Position numbers and translations under genes: made by a program
In this document: positions 1 through 9,015 of the stretch, piece by piece
Layout of the letters: every line of letters begins with the position of its first letter
Numbering within the stretch: position 1 is the first letter of the stretch
The notes under the pieces: generated by a model
Databases searched by the model: none
Told to the model about the DNA's origin: nothing
What the model saw: the letters and a program-made list of their open reading frames with translations, nothing else
Assembly (NCBI GenBank): GCA_040879645.1
Contig: JBBDJY010000001.1
Span: 1-54,568 of the forward strand
Length of the DNA stretch: 54,568 nt
Origin: Minisyncoccota bacterium
GTDB taxonomy: Bacteria > Patescibacteriota > Minisyncoccia > Phycocordibacterales > XYD1-FULL-46-19
Direction of reading: 5' to 3'

Positions 1-2
1 GT

Positions 3-248
3 GGGTTATGTAAGGATGGAGATAAAAACGCTAAAAATTTAATTAAACTTAGTCCAGGAAATGAATATGATACTTATCATAATAAAGACATGAACCTAAT
101 TGAAAGAGTTTTTTCCCATGACGATTTTGCCAATTTGTACTCCAAATATTTTGAAATACAGAAGCTGATTAAAAAGACAAACTACGCGCAATTCAAGGGC
201 CAGTCTTATAAAAGAAATTATTGGCTCGCTTATATGAAGAAAATCTAA
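3..248 (+). CDS. Partial CDS (3' end), unknown; possibly C-terminus of a SAM-dependent methyltransferase
   Basis: Open frame from the window edge (GLCKDGDKNAKNLIK...KRNYWLAYMKKI) to TAA at 246-248; AT-rich. Confidence 0.55.
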   Translation, partial: GLCKDGDKNAKNLIKLSPGNEYDTYHNKDMNLIERVFSHDDFANLYSKYFEIQKLIKKTNYAQFKGQSYKRNYWLAYMKKI

Positions 249-256
249 GGTCGGTT

Positions 257-895
257 CTAGTTATTAATAATTTTTCTTAACTCATTATAAGTGTATTTGT
301 CAGTAAGTATATGGAGATGATTTATACCAAGTTTACTCAAATTCTGTATATCACAAATCATAGAAAATCTATCGACATACCATATCCTTTTGTCATTCCG
401 TGTAAGTATGTTTTGCTTACTTAATATCGATTGTATGTCAGCATCAAATTTTTTTCTGGAAGCTGAGTGGTTAATAACAAGGTTAGGATATGTTACTTCC
501 TCTGGTATTTTTTGTGGCCGAATCTTCCTTATTTCTTCTACCTCTTCTTTGAACCCCCAATCTTTTGCCACATCATCAGAATACAAATCAATTTTTAACC
601 ATTCCTCTCCATTAAGAATTCCACTCTTGTGATATTTGATGTGAACTAGCGCAAATAGATGGGCAATGAGTCCCCTTAACGCACTATTTGACAAATCGTC
701 AACATCATTTATAACAATCAATATATTGAGCGCGTCTGGTTTATCAAGACTATATTCCGTATGTGATGTCGAATTGAGAAAAAGGAAATCAATATTTTCC
801 TCGACCTCTTTTCTTAATTCTATTGGCAATTTGTCAAAACATCTATGTATCGCCGCTTCCCGCCGCCCATATAATTTTAAGTCTTTTATACGCAT
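257..895 (-). CDS. Hypothetical protein (212 aa)
   Basis: Long ORF, last gene of a tightly packed minus-strand operon; IAHLFALVH resembles a degenerate zincin helix. Confidence 0.7.
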   Translation of the reverse strand: MRIKDLKLYGRREAAIHRCFDKLPIELRKEVEENIDFLFLNSTSHTEYSLDKPDALNILIVINDVDDLSNSALRGLIAHLFALVHIKYHKSGILNGEEWLKIDLYSDDVAKDWGFKEEVEEIRKIRPQKIPEEVTYPNLVINHSASRKKFDADIQSILSKQNILTRNDKRIWYVDRFSMICDIQNLSKLGINHLHILTDKYTYNELRKIINN

Positions 896-899
896 GATA

Positions 900-1796
900 T
901 TAAATTAAAAATTTTTCAGCAGGGATTCGGTTCAACTCAAAAATAGAAGTGTCAGATGTATTCATTTCCGGTATGGTTGTACATCCGCACATGCCACCAT
1001 TTTCCCGCACCATCCTAACAACTTCTGCAGTATAGGAGTTTCTTCCACCAAATGGGTATGCAAATGCGATATTATTCTGTCGCGTTATTTTTCTAATTTT
1101 CTGAAGCGATTCTCGCACTTCATATAAAGCAGTATCCGAATCCAGGTTAGCCATGACCTGGTGTGTCATACTGTGCGCCCCAAAAAACATTCCAGATTTT
1201 GACATCTCTTTAATCTGATTCAGAGATAGATATAACGATTTATTTAATAACTGAATATCAACTTGTAATTCGAGCTCGTTCTCAATCTTTAATAGCAATT
1301 GATATTTTTCCTCCAGAGGCAATTTTCTTAGTATCTGTTTTAGGGCTATGTTTACATCGTTCGATTCTTGTAAATCTGGGTGTATATTTCTTATAATTGA
1401 ATTACTCGTATTTCTTTCAGAGATTTCGTTTACTAAATAATAATACAAATCGAGCCATCTTACTTGATTAGTACCGGCAATATGATCTCCTGAAACAAAA
1501 AAGGTTGCAGTTATATTAAATTTTTTTAAAATTGGGAAAACAATGCTATGCATTTCATGAAAGCCGTCGTCAAATGTTAGTACACATGGATTTTTTGGTA
1601 ATACGCTGAGGTTGGTCAGATTTTCAACAAGTTTTTCAAGCGGTATTACTGAGTAGTAACTCGTAATTTTCTCTATTTGGAAATAAAAATCTTTCTCAGG
1701 GATGACAATCTGTGCATCAATATAGCCCTGGTACAGGTTGCGAGTCTGAACCCCGTCGATTCTGTGGTACATAATAATTGGTATTTCGTTACTCAT
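900..1796 (-). CDS. Polysaccharide deacetylase (NodB/CE4 family)
   Basis: IMYHR, LTFDDG, GAHSMTH and FAYPFG motifs. Confidence 0.92.
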   Translation of the reverse strand: MSNEIPIIMYHRIDGVQTRNLYQGYIDAQIVIPEKDFYFQIEKITSYYSVIPLEKLVENLTNLSVLPKNPCVLTFDDGFHEMHSIVFPILKKFNITATFFVSGDHIAGTNQVRWLDLYYYLVNEISERNTSNSIIRNIHPDLQESNDVNIALKQILRKLPLEEKYQLLLKIENELELQVDIQLLNKSLYLSLNQIKEMSKSGMFFGAHSMTHQVMANLDSDTALYEVRESLQKIRKITRQNNIAFAYPFGGRNSYTAEVVRMVRENGGMCGCTTIPEMNTSDTSIFELNRIPAEKFLI

Positions 1797-1804
1797 ATGA
1801 ATAT

Positions 1805-2719
1805 TTATTTAAAAAAGCGTTGCAAAAAATTATCCTTAAATTTTATTCCTAAACTGTTCGAGTAATAGCGATCAAAGTAAATATTTTGATCATCTATAAT
1901 ATCACCTACTTGCATCGTAATATTATTAGTATCTGGATTAATCCATCTTGTTTTCTTTTCAATAAAATATTTTCTATCTGGGACGCCCATGTGAAAACAG
2001 AAATAATTTTTATGAAGAATGTCCTTAATGGTGTCAATACTACGAGTCTTTTTTAACTTTTCACATAAATAACCTCCATCTTGGTGCTCCCATGGATATA
2101 ACATTTTATCTCTATCAAATCTAATTAATTTACACCACTGGTGAGTAACTCCTATTTTCTGGTTTCCATCACTTTCTAATATATCTACTTTAAATTTTTT
2201 TAGCTCATCTGGTGACATAAATAAAACTCGCTCAGTTTCATTTGATTTGCTAAAGTAATTTACTCTATAAAACCACCCTTGCAATGACCACACAAAATCT
2301 TTTTTAGGATTGAATTTTTCATGAGGAATTAATTCTAAAAAGTGAAAATGTAGCTCATGCACCCGTTCCACTATTGATATATGTGATATGTAATAAAATT
2401 CATCATTATCAATACATAAGGATCTACGGCATTGTGGTGGAACCACATTCTGCAAATAACCCAAAAAACTCCTTTTGATTTGACCCCATCTATTAACGGT
2501 AATAAATGGTTCAGTTTGGATAGTAAAATATTCGATATTTATATTTAACTCAGAATTAAGCTCTTGAATTTTATTCAAGCACAAATTGATATCCTGATCT
2601 GTAATTGTAATTAAGAAATAAAATCTTTTGATACCCCAGATCTCTAAATAAAACCTGACAAAAGGTTCCATCAGTTCAAAGTTATTTTTATAGAATGTTA
2701 CAACGAACCAGTTGTTCAT
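1805..2719 (-). CDS. Glycosyltransferase-like protein (GT-A fold, GT2/GT92-like)
   Basis: N-terminal EPFVRFY..G and DxD-like IDNDEF; overlaps the upstream GT gene by 4 nt. Confidence 0.6.
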   Translation of the reverse strand: MNNWFVVTFYKNNFELMEPFVRFYLEIWGIKRFYFLITITDQDINLCLNKIQELNSELNINIEYFTIQTEPFITVNRWGQIKRSFLGYLQNVVPPQCRRSLCIDNDEFYYISHISIVERVHELHFHFLELIPHEKFNPKKDFVWSLQGWFYRVNYFSKSNETERVLFMSPDELKKFKVDILESDGNQKIGVTHQWCKLIRFDRDKMLYPWEHQDGGYLCEKLKKTRSIDTIKDILHKNYFCFHMGVPDRKYFIEKKTRWINPDTNNITMQVGDIIDDQNIYFDRYYSNSLGIKFKDNFLQRFFK

Positions 2720-4290
2720 TTAATTTTTTGTGCGATAAATAATTCGTCTACGAGTTGATGATTACCCCAAACTGGATTTTTTACAATCTCCAGCTCTACA
2801 ACCTCTTTTGGTCCAGTAGTGTGACTAGCTCCTACATCGTGGAACACTATATATCCTCCCTTTCTAATTAGTTTAGACCAATCCTGGTAATCACGAAGGA
2901 CTGAGTTGTAATCATGGTTGCCATCGATAAACAAAAGATCTATTGGTTCATTAAATTTTTTTACCACTTCGTGACTGTAACCTGTAATTATTTTAATCCG
3001 ATCTACTACACCTAGTTTGCGCATATTTTCTGTAAATTCCGTCACGAGTGGTACATCTAATCTGTTTTTGATATTTTTATATATTTTTTCAGATGATTCA
3101 TCACCAGAAGCGTCAAATGGGTCTATGCAAATTAATTTTCCTTCTCTTCGTCCATCTAGCGCTCGAGCCAATACATAACTAGATTTTCCAAGCCACGAGC
3201 CTATTTCGCATATTGTTATATTACCATTTTCTATAGATCTAACTAACTTATATAAGGCTATCGCTTCGCGAGTACTAAGCCAGCCATCAATTAGTAAGTA
3301 ATCTTTTATAATTTGCTGTATTATTTGGTCATCATATGAATCGTTAGAATATATCTTTACACTTTTAATTAGATTTGAATATTTTTTCGCTAGTGTTTCG
3401 GTGTAATTCAAAACATTCTTTAAATACGGAATATCATCTTGGGGTGTATATTTTAATTCAAAATTCTGGGAGTCTGTTAAGTAAATAGGATCTTTTATCA
3501 GTGATATATTCGTGCGCTTGTTGGGAACATCATATTTTAGAGCCATTTCTTTTAAGTCATTGTCCATAAGTTTTTTCCCTTCTTTCAGGATATTGTAGTA
3601 GTAATACCAGTCAAAAAGTACTTGCTTATCTCGAGCTAGATTAGCAAGCCATCCAACTAAATATTTTGATTTTGCCTGACCCTCGGACCGGATTGGAATG
3701 TGGGCTAAGTTAATATGTTTAAGTCTCGTTCTATTAGTTTCTTTAGACCCAGCACTATCAATATCGTGATTACCCTGGCGGATAATAATAGACTCCTTTG
3801 ACGCAATATTTGCAGGCACGAACACTTTCTCATCATAATTATGTTGTATATTTCGACGATGAGTAATTCGTTTCAGAGGATTTAATTCGTGCATATCATC
3901 TATCTCGGTTGGCACATAAGTTACCCAGCTCACAAAAAATAAAGAGTCTGGACGTAGCTGACTTTCTAGTTCCGATCGAATCGGCTTATTTGAGTTTGTT
4001 ATCAAAAACTCATCCACGTCGATAGGTAGAACATAATCCAGCTGAAATCTGCCTAAGGACGCATATAACATTTTTGTCGTCATGGCGGATTGGTCAAATG
4101 AGGGATTGTCGTCAAATAACATATATATAGGCAGCCCTTCCTTAATTAGATTATTTATAATTTCTAATGTTCCATCAGTACTGCCATTATCTAAAATTAC
4201 CATTCCATCTAATATGGAGACATGATATCGAATAAATGTCTCGATAATATCAACCTCATTTTTCACCATGCTGATAGAAAATATTTTCAT
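2716..4290 (-). CDS. Fusion of GT2-like glycosyltransferase and class I SAM methyltransferase (Methyltransf_24-like)
   Basis: N-term MVKNEVD..LDNGSTDGT..IDVDEF; C-term EIGSWLGKS, IDPF, LFIDGNH, VFHD. Confidence 0.88.
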   Translation of the reverse strand: MKIFSISMVKNEVDIIETFIRYHVSILDGMVILDNGSTDGTLEIINNLIKEGLPIYMLFDDNPSFDQSAMTTKMLYASLGRFQLDYVLPIDVDEFLITNSNKPIRSELESQLRPDSLFFVSWVTYVPTEIDDMHELNPLKRITHRRNIQHNYDEKVFVPANIASKESIIIRQGNHDIDSAGSKETNRTRLKHINLAHIPIRSEGQAKSKYLVGWLANLARDKQVLFDWYYYYNILKEGKKLMDNDLKEMALKYDVPNKRTNISLIKDPIYLTDSQNFELKYTPQDDIPYLKNVLNYTETLAKKYSNLIKSVKIYSNDSYDDQIIQQIIKDYLLIDGWLSTREAIALYKLVRSIENGNITICEIGSWLGKSSYVLARALDGRREGKLICIDPFDASGDESSEKIYKNIKNRLDVPLVTEFTENMRKLGVVDRIKIITGYSHEVVKKFNEPIDLLFIDGNHDYNSVLRDYQDWSKLIRKGGYIVFHDVGASHTTGPKEVVELEIVKNPVWGNHQLVDELFIAQKIK

Positions 4291-4293
4291 AAT

Positions 4294-4551
4294 CTAAATA
4301 GACAATCCCATTTTGAAAGGAAACTTTTGGGGTTTTAATGTCGGCATCTCGGCAAGGTTGTTGGCTTTGCGCCATGCTTTTTTCATATCATATATCATCT
4401 GCTCTTTGTTTTTATTTTTAATTGAAAATCCGAATTTTCCTGTCCTGTCTGTATCCAAAGGGGTCCCATAATCTACTTGTTTCAATAGATATTTTCTTAG
4501 TGGCCATTTTAATATCTTGGACTGTTTTAATTTAATTGTGGCATCCATCAC
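4294..4551 (-). pseudogene. Short ORF, possible C-terminal fragment of an asparagine-synthetase-like gene at the island edge
   Basis: KWPLRKYL...R.GKFGF resembles the KxxLR...RxKxGF AsnB C-terminal pattern; only 85 aa, in-frame stop just upstream. Confidence 0.3.
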
Positions 4552-4695
4552 TTTGGTAGTTTGAAAATTATCTACTTAAAGACATTACAGACGTATAGTC
4601 TAGTGGCAGGAGTATGTTTATCATCTATCCTACTATGAGATCAGCGAGATTGCCACTCCTTGCCAGAATGGCTTGGGGGGTTCTATTATTTGACC

Positions 4696-5379
4696 ATGAT
4701 TACGATAAAACTAAACAAGGAATTGGATTATGAAGTTTACAACGATTTCAAGATTTTTGAGACAGCCGGAGTTAATTTTGGCGAAGCCATAAGAAAAGAC
4801 CACCCGGAGATTAATGAAAACAATTACCGGCAATATATCGATGATTTCTACGAGACAAATGAGGGCTTATTGAAAAATAACTGTCAAGAAATTAATGACT
4901 ATCTTTTACGAACCCAAGAGATATTTTTTTCAGAAATAAAAGAACTTTTTGGTTTAGATTTTTTCGCCAGTGAATATATTGGATATATTTCGATTTTTAA
5001 TTGTAATCCGCGTTACGTTGAAAATAAGACTTTCCAGATTTTTTACAAAAAAGACCTACTAGATAAAAGTGAGGTGGCCTTCCATGAATCTCTTCATTTC
5101 GCTTTTTTTGATTTCTGCGACCTTTTCGTGGCCGAGACAAGGAGTTTAGACAAAAATAACGGCCCTCTTTGGGAATTATCTGAGATTTTCAATGTTATCA
5201 TTTTGAATCTACCGCAATTCCAGATCCTCCTAAAAAGACCGGAACAATTGTTCTACCCTCGCTTAGAAGAGAGATTCAAACAAGTTCAGTTGATATGGTC
5301 CAAAAATGATACCAAGCTGAAAGATTTTATTAAAGAAAGTCTGAGTTTGTGGCCAAAAACAACTACGATAAAATGCTAA
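4696..5379 (+). CDS. Zincin-like (HExxH) hypothetical metallopeptidase
   Basis: FHESLHF plus downstream LSE; ATG 4696 lies 6 nt after TTGCCA-N18-TATTAT. Confidence 0.65.
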   Translation: MITIKLNKELDYEVYNDFKIFETAGVNFGEAIRKDHPEINENNYRQYIDDFYETNEGLLKNNCQEINDYLLRTQEIFFSEIKELFGLDFFASEYIGYISIFNCNPRYVENKTFQIFYKKDLLDKSEVAFHESLHFAFFDFCDLFVAETRSLDKNNGPLWELSEIFNVIILNLPQFQILLKRPEQLFYPRLEERFKQVQLIWSKNDTKLKDFIKESLSLWPKTTTIKC

Positions 5380-5486
5380 AACTTTCTTTTGTTGACGAAG
5401 GATTCCACCAGTGCTTTTGCCAGAAAGAGCTAATCGCGAAAATCAACGAAGGATTGGTTCGCCTGAGGTACCAATGAATTGCTCCC

Positions 5487-5511
5487 GGGTCGCTGCCTAA
5501 AGCAGCGACCC
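5487..5511. terminator. Hairpin / probable terminator
   Basis: GGGTCGCTGC-ctaaa-GCAGCGACCC, perfect 10-bp stem followed by TTT. Confidence 0.5.
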
Positions 5512-5529
5512 TTTGTTATAATTAAAATT

Positions 5530-6288
5530 ATGAATGAAGATCAAAACAATAATATTGTCAAACAATATCTCCCGACTTATCGGAGGAATTTTGAACATGA
5601 CTCGCGCTGGCTAACAAGAGAAACGACTCATTATATTTTTCATTATTTTCCCGATAGTGTTGCCGAGCGAGAAATTGAAATGATCGAGAAAAGACAGGAA
5701 GAGGCCTTTGCTAAAATTATTACTTTTTTAAAAATTCTCGAACCAGAGAAGAAAATCACTTATTATCTTTATCCTGATGCTAAAATAAAAAAAGAGCTCA
5801 TGGGCGACGATTGGTATGCTCAAGCAATTTATCAAGATTTTGTTGTCCATCTTCTTTATACCGAGACCGATAAGCCACTTGGCGAGCATGAAGATACTCA
5901 TTTACTGTCTTTACCTTGGGGTTTATCGATTGACTTGTTCCAAGAAGGTTTAGCTGAATATTTGGTTGGACATGGCTGGCATGGCGAGAATCACGATGAT
6001 TTAGTTCGTGATGGCTTAAGTCGAGACATTTTTCCTAATATTGAAGAATTACTGGAACATAAAAAGTGGTTGGAGTTAGATGATGCCAATGCTCTCTATA
6101 ATTATGCTTTAGTTGCCTCGTTTACTAAATTTCTGATTGAGAATTATGGCCGAGACAAATTTGAACAGATATATCGACAAACGAATCGAAAGAAAACAAA
6201 AGAGGAGAACAAAATAATTTTTTTTGATACCTATCGTGCCCCAATTGAAGAAATTGAGAAAGATTGGCAAAAATGTCTTGAGAACTGA
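5530..6288 (+). CDS. Peptidase MA-like gluzincin protein
   Basis: HEDTH followed by FQEGLAEY; extended -10 TGTTATAAT 7 nt before ATG. Confidence 0.75.
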   Translation: MNEDQNNNIVKQYLPTYRRNFEHDSRWLTRETTHYIFHYFPDSVAEREIEMIEKRQEEAFAKIITFLKILEPEKKITYYLYPDAKIKKELMGDDWYAQAIYQDFVVHLLYTETDKPLGEHEDTHLLSLPWGLSIDLFQEGLAEYLVGHGWHGENHDDLVRDGLSRDIFPNIEELLEHKKWLELDDANALYNYALVASFTKFLIENYGRDKFEQIYRQTNRKKTKEENKIIFFDTYRAPIEEIEKDWQKCLEN

Positions 6289-6307
6289 GAGATTTCACCT
6301 CTCAGTT
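6283..6307. repeat. Palindrome of the GAGGTTTAACCTC family (variant)
   Basis: AACTGAGAG-atttcac-CTCTCAGTT; core GAGATTTCACCTC matches 11/13. Confidence 0.45.
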
Positions 6308-6501
6308 TGTCAACTCTCACCAACAAATTTGACGATTTTTACCTGTCCCGCCAAAATCAGCTCAATTAGAGCCGGATCTTGGCGGGGGATTTTGAAATCA
6401 CTGTTTGCTCTTGCCAACAAAATTGAGGGGTTCATACTTTGGTTAGATTCTCCGGAGTAAGTTCCGGAGAAAAACTTGGTCTTTGAAAGGAGGTGAACGG
6501 T

Positions 6502-6682
6502 ATGAGCGACATTGCTACTCTCAAACGTCGTCAAGCGAGAAAGGGTGATAAAAAGCCGGTATTGCCTTTGGGTGTGCTTCTGTCGGAGAGACGACCCAAG
6601 ACCGACCTGGTCTTTATCAATTCCAACCAGCGCCTGGTGGACGGGAAGCGAGGACTCCAAGACGGAAGATCCCGACGCTTGA
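6502..6682 (+). pseudogene. Frameshifted ATP-grasp RiPP (graspetide-like) precursor peptide
   Basis: SD AAAGGAGGTGA; leader-like ..KPVLPLGVLLSE..LVFINSNQRLV; +1 frame gives the Thr/Ser/Asp/Glu-rich tail TGSEDSKTEDPDA*; ATP-grasp fragment nearby. Confidence 0.45.
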
Positions 6683-6696
6683 AATCAGATACTCTA

Positions 6697-7281
6697 TTAA
6701 TGGGGGATTCCCAAGGAATCTCCCATTATTTTTTTATAAGCGACAAACGACCCCAATCCAACAGATTTTCTCAATTGATCCAGTTTTTGCGGAGATTTAA
6801 TCGGAAAAGGTTTCAGAGTTAAACCGGTCTTGGTCTTTAGACTTTTAAATTGCGTACCGTAAATTTGTTTTTTCTTTTGATGAACCAAAACTCGATCGGT
6901 CAAGAAAGCTAAATTCTTTTTATCAATTTCTTCTGATTTTGCGGCTTTTTTCAACAGCTCCAAACATTTCAATTGAAAATTCAGGTCATGATCGGCATGT
7001 TGCACCAAAAGCCAAGCTTGAGAGGCACCTTTTGACCCAACCAAACTTTTACCCGGCCAACCATATTTTTTAATAATTTTCTTCATTGCGACCGTGTTTT
7101 CCCTGTCTACTGCTTTTAACTCCCGACTCAGAGCCGAAATAGTTTTTTTATAATGAGGACTATCTCTGTCTTGACCTTCTTTATTGAGATTAATCCAGAT
7201 CTTATGTTGTCGCTTTCTAAGAGTTTGATCTTTTTTCACCATCATCGAGATTTCTCCTTGTAATTTTTTATTTATTGACAT
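6697..7281 (-). CDS. DUF6624-like protein
   Basis: DQTLR..D.EN..YGWPG..AWLLVQHAD..LTDRVLV..QIYGTQF pattern. Confidence 0.8.
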   Translation of the reverse strand: MSINKKLQGEISMMVKKDQTLRKRQHKIWINLNKEGQDRDSPHYKKTISALSRELKAVDRENTVAMKKIIKKYGWPGKSLVGSKGASQAWLLVQHADHDLNFQLKCLELLKKAAKSEEIDKKNLAFLTDRVLVHQKKKQIYGTQFKSLKTKTGLTLKPFPIKSPQKLDQLRKSVGLGSFVAYKKIMGDSLGIPH

Positions 7282-7365
7282 GTTTTATCGTTTTGTATTA
7301 GAGATTAAATAGAAAAATGAGCAGTTTCTTGAAAGAATATCACAACCAAGAAGGGAGTAAAAGTA

Positions 7366-7659
7366 ATGCCTGTGCTAATTGTCTCTTCAAGCGCCGATCA
7401 ACATATCAATTTTATGTTGAAAAAGATGAAGAAGCGGGGAGTTAAAAACTTCCGTTTCGATATCGACAAATTGGGAGAAGGACTCTCTGTCACCTACACC
7501 CCAAGTGTCGGTCACAAAGTAAAAAATCATCGCGGACGGGAATTGCCTTTGCCGGCCGATATCAACTCGGTCTGGTTCAGGAAACCGTTCATGACCCGAT
7601 CCAGCTGGTTGAACAAGAAGTCAGTAGCGGCCTTGTTTTTATTGACTACTTTTTTATAA
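7366..7659 (+). pseudogene. Truncated ATP-grasp RiPP maturase (MvdD-like N-terminal domain)
   Basis: VLIVSSSADQH..FRFDID..SVWFRKP matches the N-terminus of MvdC/MvdD-type ligases; ends at 97 aa with no ATP-grasp core. Confidence 0.65.
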
Positions 7660-7858
7660 ACTAGACGCTCCTTATTTTTGACACCTCTCCCAATCTACGG
7701 GAGCTCAAGATTTAGCTGAATTTATGCCTTACCGAATGTTGTTGACTTTTTATTTTTTTACTGTATAACAAAAATAGAAGAACCTGGCTTGGCCGGGTTT
7801 TGACAAGAGCCGTTGTTTCAAACCGATCCGCTGATGGCGGATCAAAAGGAGGTGCAAT

Positions 7859-8893
7859 ATGAAGTATTGCTACCTACTTCTCGTGTTGGTCCTTTCGGCG
7901 GCGGTCCTTGGGGGTTGTCCGTTTGGAGGCGGTAAGCTTGTTTTCGATGTCAGCGTCGACCGGGATGCCTACCAAGCGGGTGATCCGGTCATTGTGACGG
8001 CCATTTTTTCCGGCAGTCGGGCGCCTTATGATTTCGCCGTTGATTTTGACGATGGAGTGTCGGTCATCGGTTGGATCGATGATGACGGTGCCGTTCAGTC
8101 CTCGGTTGTCTCCGAGTACGCGGTGCCGGTATCGGTAGCGACTGATTTTTTCGGTCATCTGGAGATTAGTCGGCCGGCTTGGACGACCAATCAGACTGAC
8201 GGAGTGTCGGTCATCGATTGGGAATTGTTTGGAATTGATGGTCAAGGTGAGACGGAAACATTGGCGATTCGGGTGCCAATCGCCACGGAATTGAAACTTG
8301 ACCTGAAGGCCAACAATGGTGGACCTCCTTCTGCTGTTGGGGATGCCCTCATCATCAATACCAAAGTCAGTGGTGGTCGGGCGCCTTACGAGCTGGAGAT
8401 CACTTTCCCGCCTTCTCTCCACCTCCAAACGGAAGTGTCGGTGAAGGTGAGGACGACGGTTGACAACGATGGTACTCTCCGGGCACCCGGCTGGAGCAAT
8501 CACACTGTCGTTCCGGTGGTCGTTGGTCCCTCCCGAGGGATCAGGGTCAGTTCGCCTGAACCGAATCAAGTGGTGGTTCACTATCGGTGGACCGAGCTGA
8601 TGCCCGGTTTGGCGCCGGTTCAAGTCGCTTTGTCCGACCGTGACGGTCGGATGGTGACTGGCGAGGTTTGGGCCGGATCAACGACGGAAACGCCAACTTT
8701 GGTGCCGGTACCCGAGCTGGTCGGTTTGACCAAAGGCAAAGCCGTGACGGCTACCTTGGCGGCGGGTTTGTACCCGACAATCTTGGTATCCGCCAATGAT
8801 GACTTTGCGCCCGAACTGGTTTTTAATCAGCGGACCGAGGCCGGCGAACTTGTTCGGCTTGGTCATCGGCTGGTGATTGATTTGTCTCGGTAA
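7859..8893 (+). CDS. Putative lipoprotein with two Ig/PKD-like repeats and C-terminal PASTA domain
   Basis: SD AAGGAGG; lipobox LGG-C; repeats SGSRAPY/SGGRAPY; VPELVGL..VFNQ..AGE PASTA-like tail. Confidence 0.7.
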   Translation: MKYCYLLLVLVLSAAVLGGCPFGGGKLVFDVSVDRDAYQAGDPVIVTAIFSGSRAPYDFAVDFDDGVSVIGWIDDDGAVQSSVVSEYAVPVSVATDFFGHLEISRPAWTTNQTDGVSVIDWELFGIDGQGETETLAIRVPIATELKLDLKANNGGPPSAVGDALIINTKVSGGRAPYELEITFPPSLHLQTEVSVKVRTTVDNDGTLRAPGWSNHTVVPVVVGPSRGIRVSSPEPNQVVVHYRWTELMPGLAPVQVALSDRDGRMVTGEVWAGSTTETPTLVPVPELVGLTKGKAVTATLAAGLYPTILVSANDDFAPELVFNQRTEAGELVRLGHRLVIDLSR

Positions 8894-8899
8894 CCACTT

Positions 8900-8930
8900 C
8901 CCCCGAATCGCTTTGGCGATTCGGGGGTTT
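8900..8930 (+). terminator. Rho-independent terminator
   Basis: CCCCCGAATCGC-tttg-GCGATTCGGGGG then TTT. Confidence 0.8.
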
Positions 8931-9015
8931 ATTGTTTGGAGCGTTAAAACCTTCGGTGGTTTTTTGTGCATAAATATTAATTGTTTTGGTGGCCGGTCTG
9001 GTATAATAAAAAGAC

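Noticed and set aside
5479-5490. TTGCTCCCGGG as a tRNA 3'-end att remnant
   Set aside because: Too short; no partner repeat or integrase in the window
6310-6822. ORFs 6310-6660 (-) and full-length 6493-6822 (+)
   Set aside because: The first is antisense to the SD-led precursor with no motif; the second runs 126 nt into the convergent DUF6624 gene and is better explained by a frameshift
7874-8623. 249-aa minus-strand ORF
   Set aside because: Antisense shadow of the lipoprotein gene
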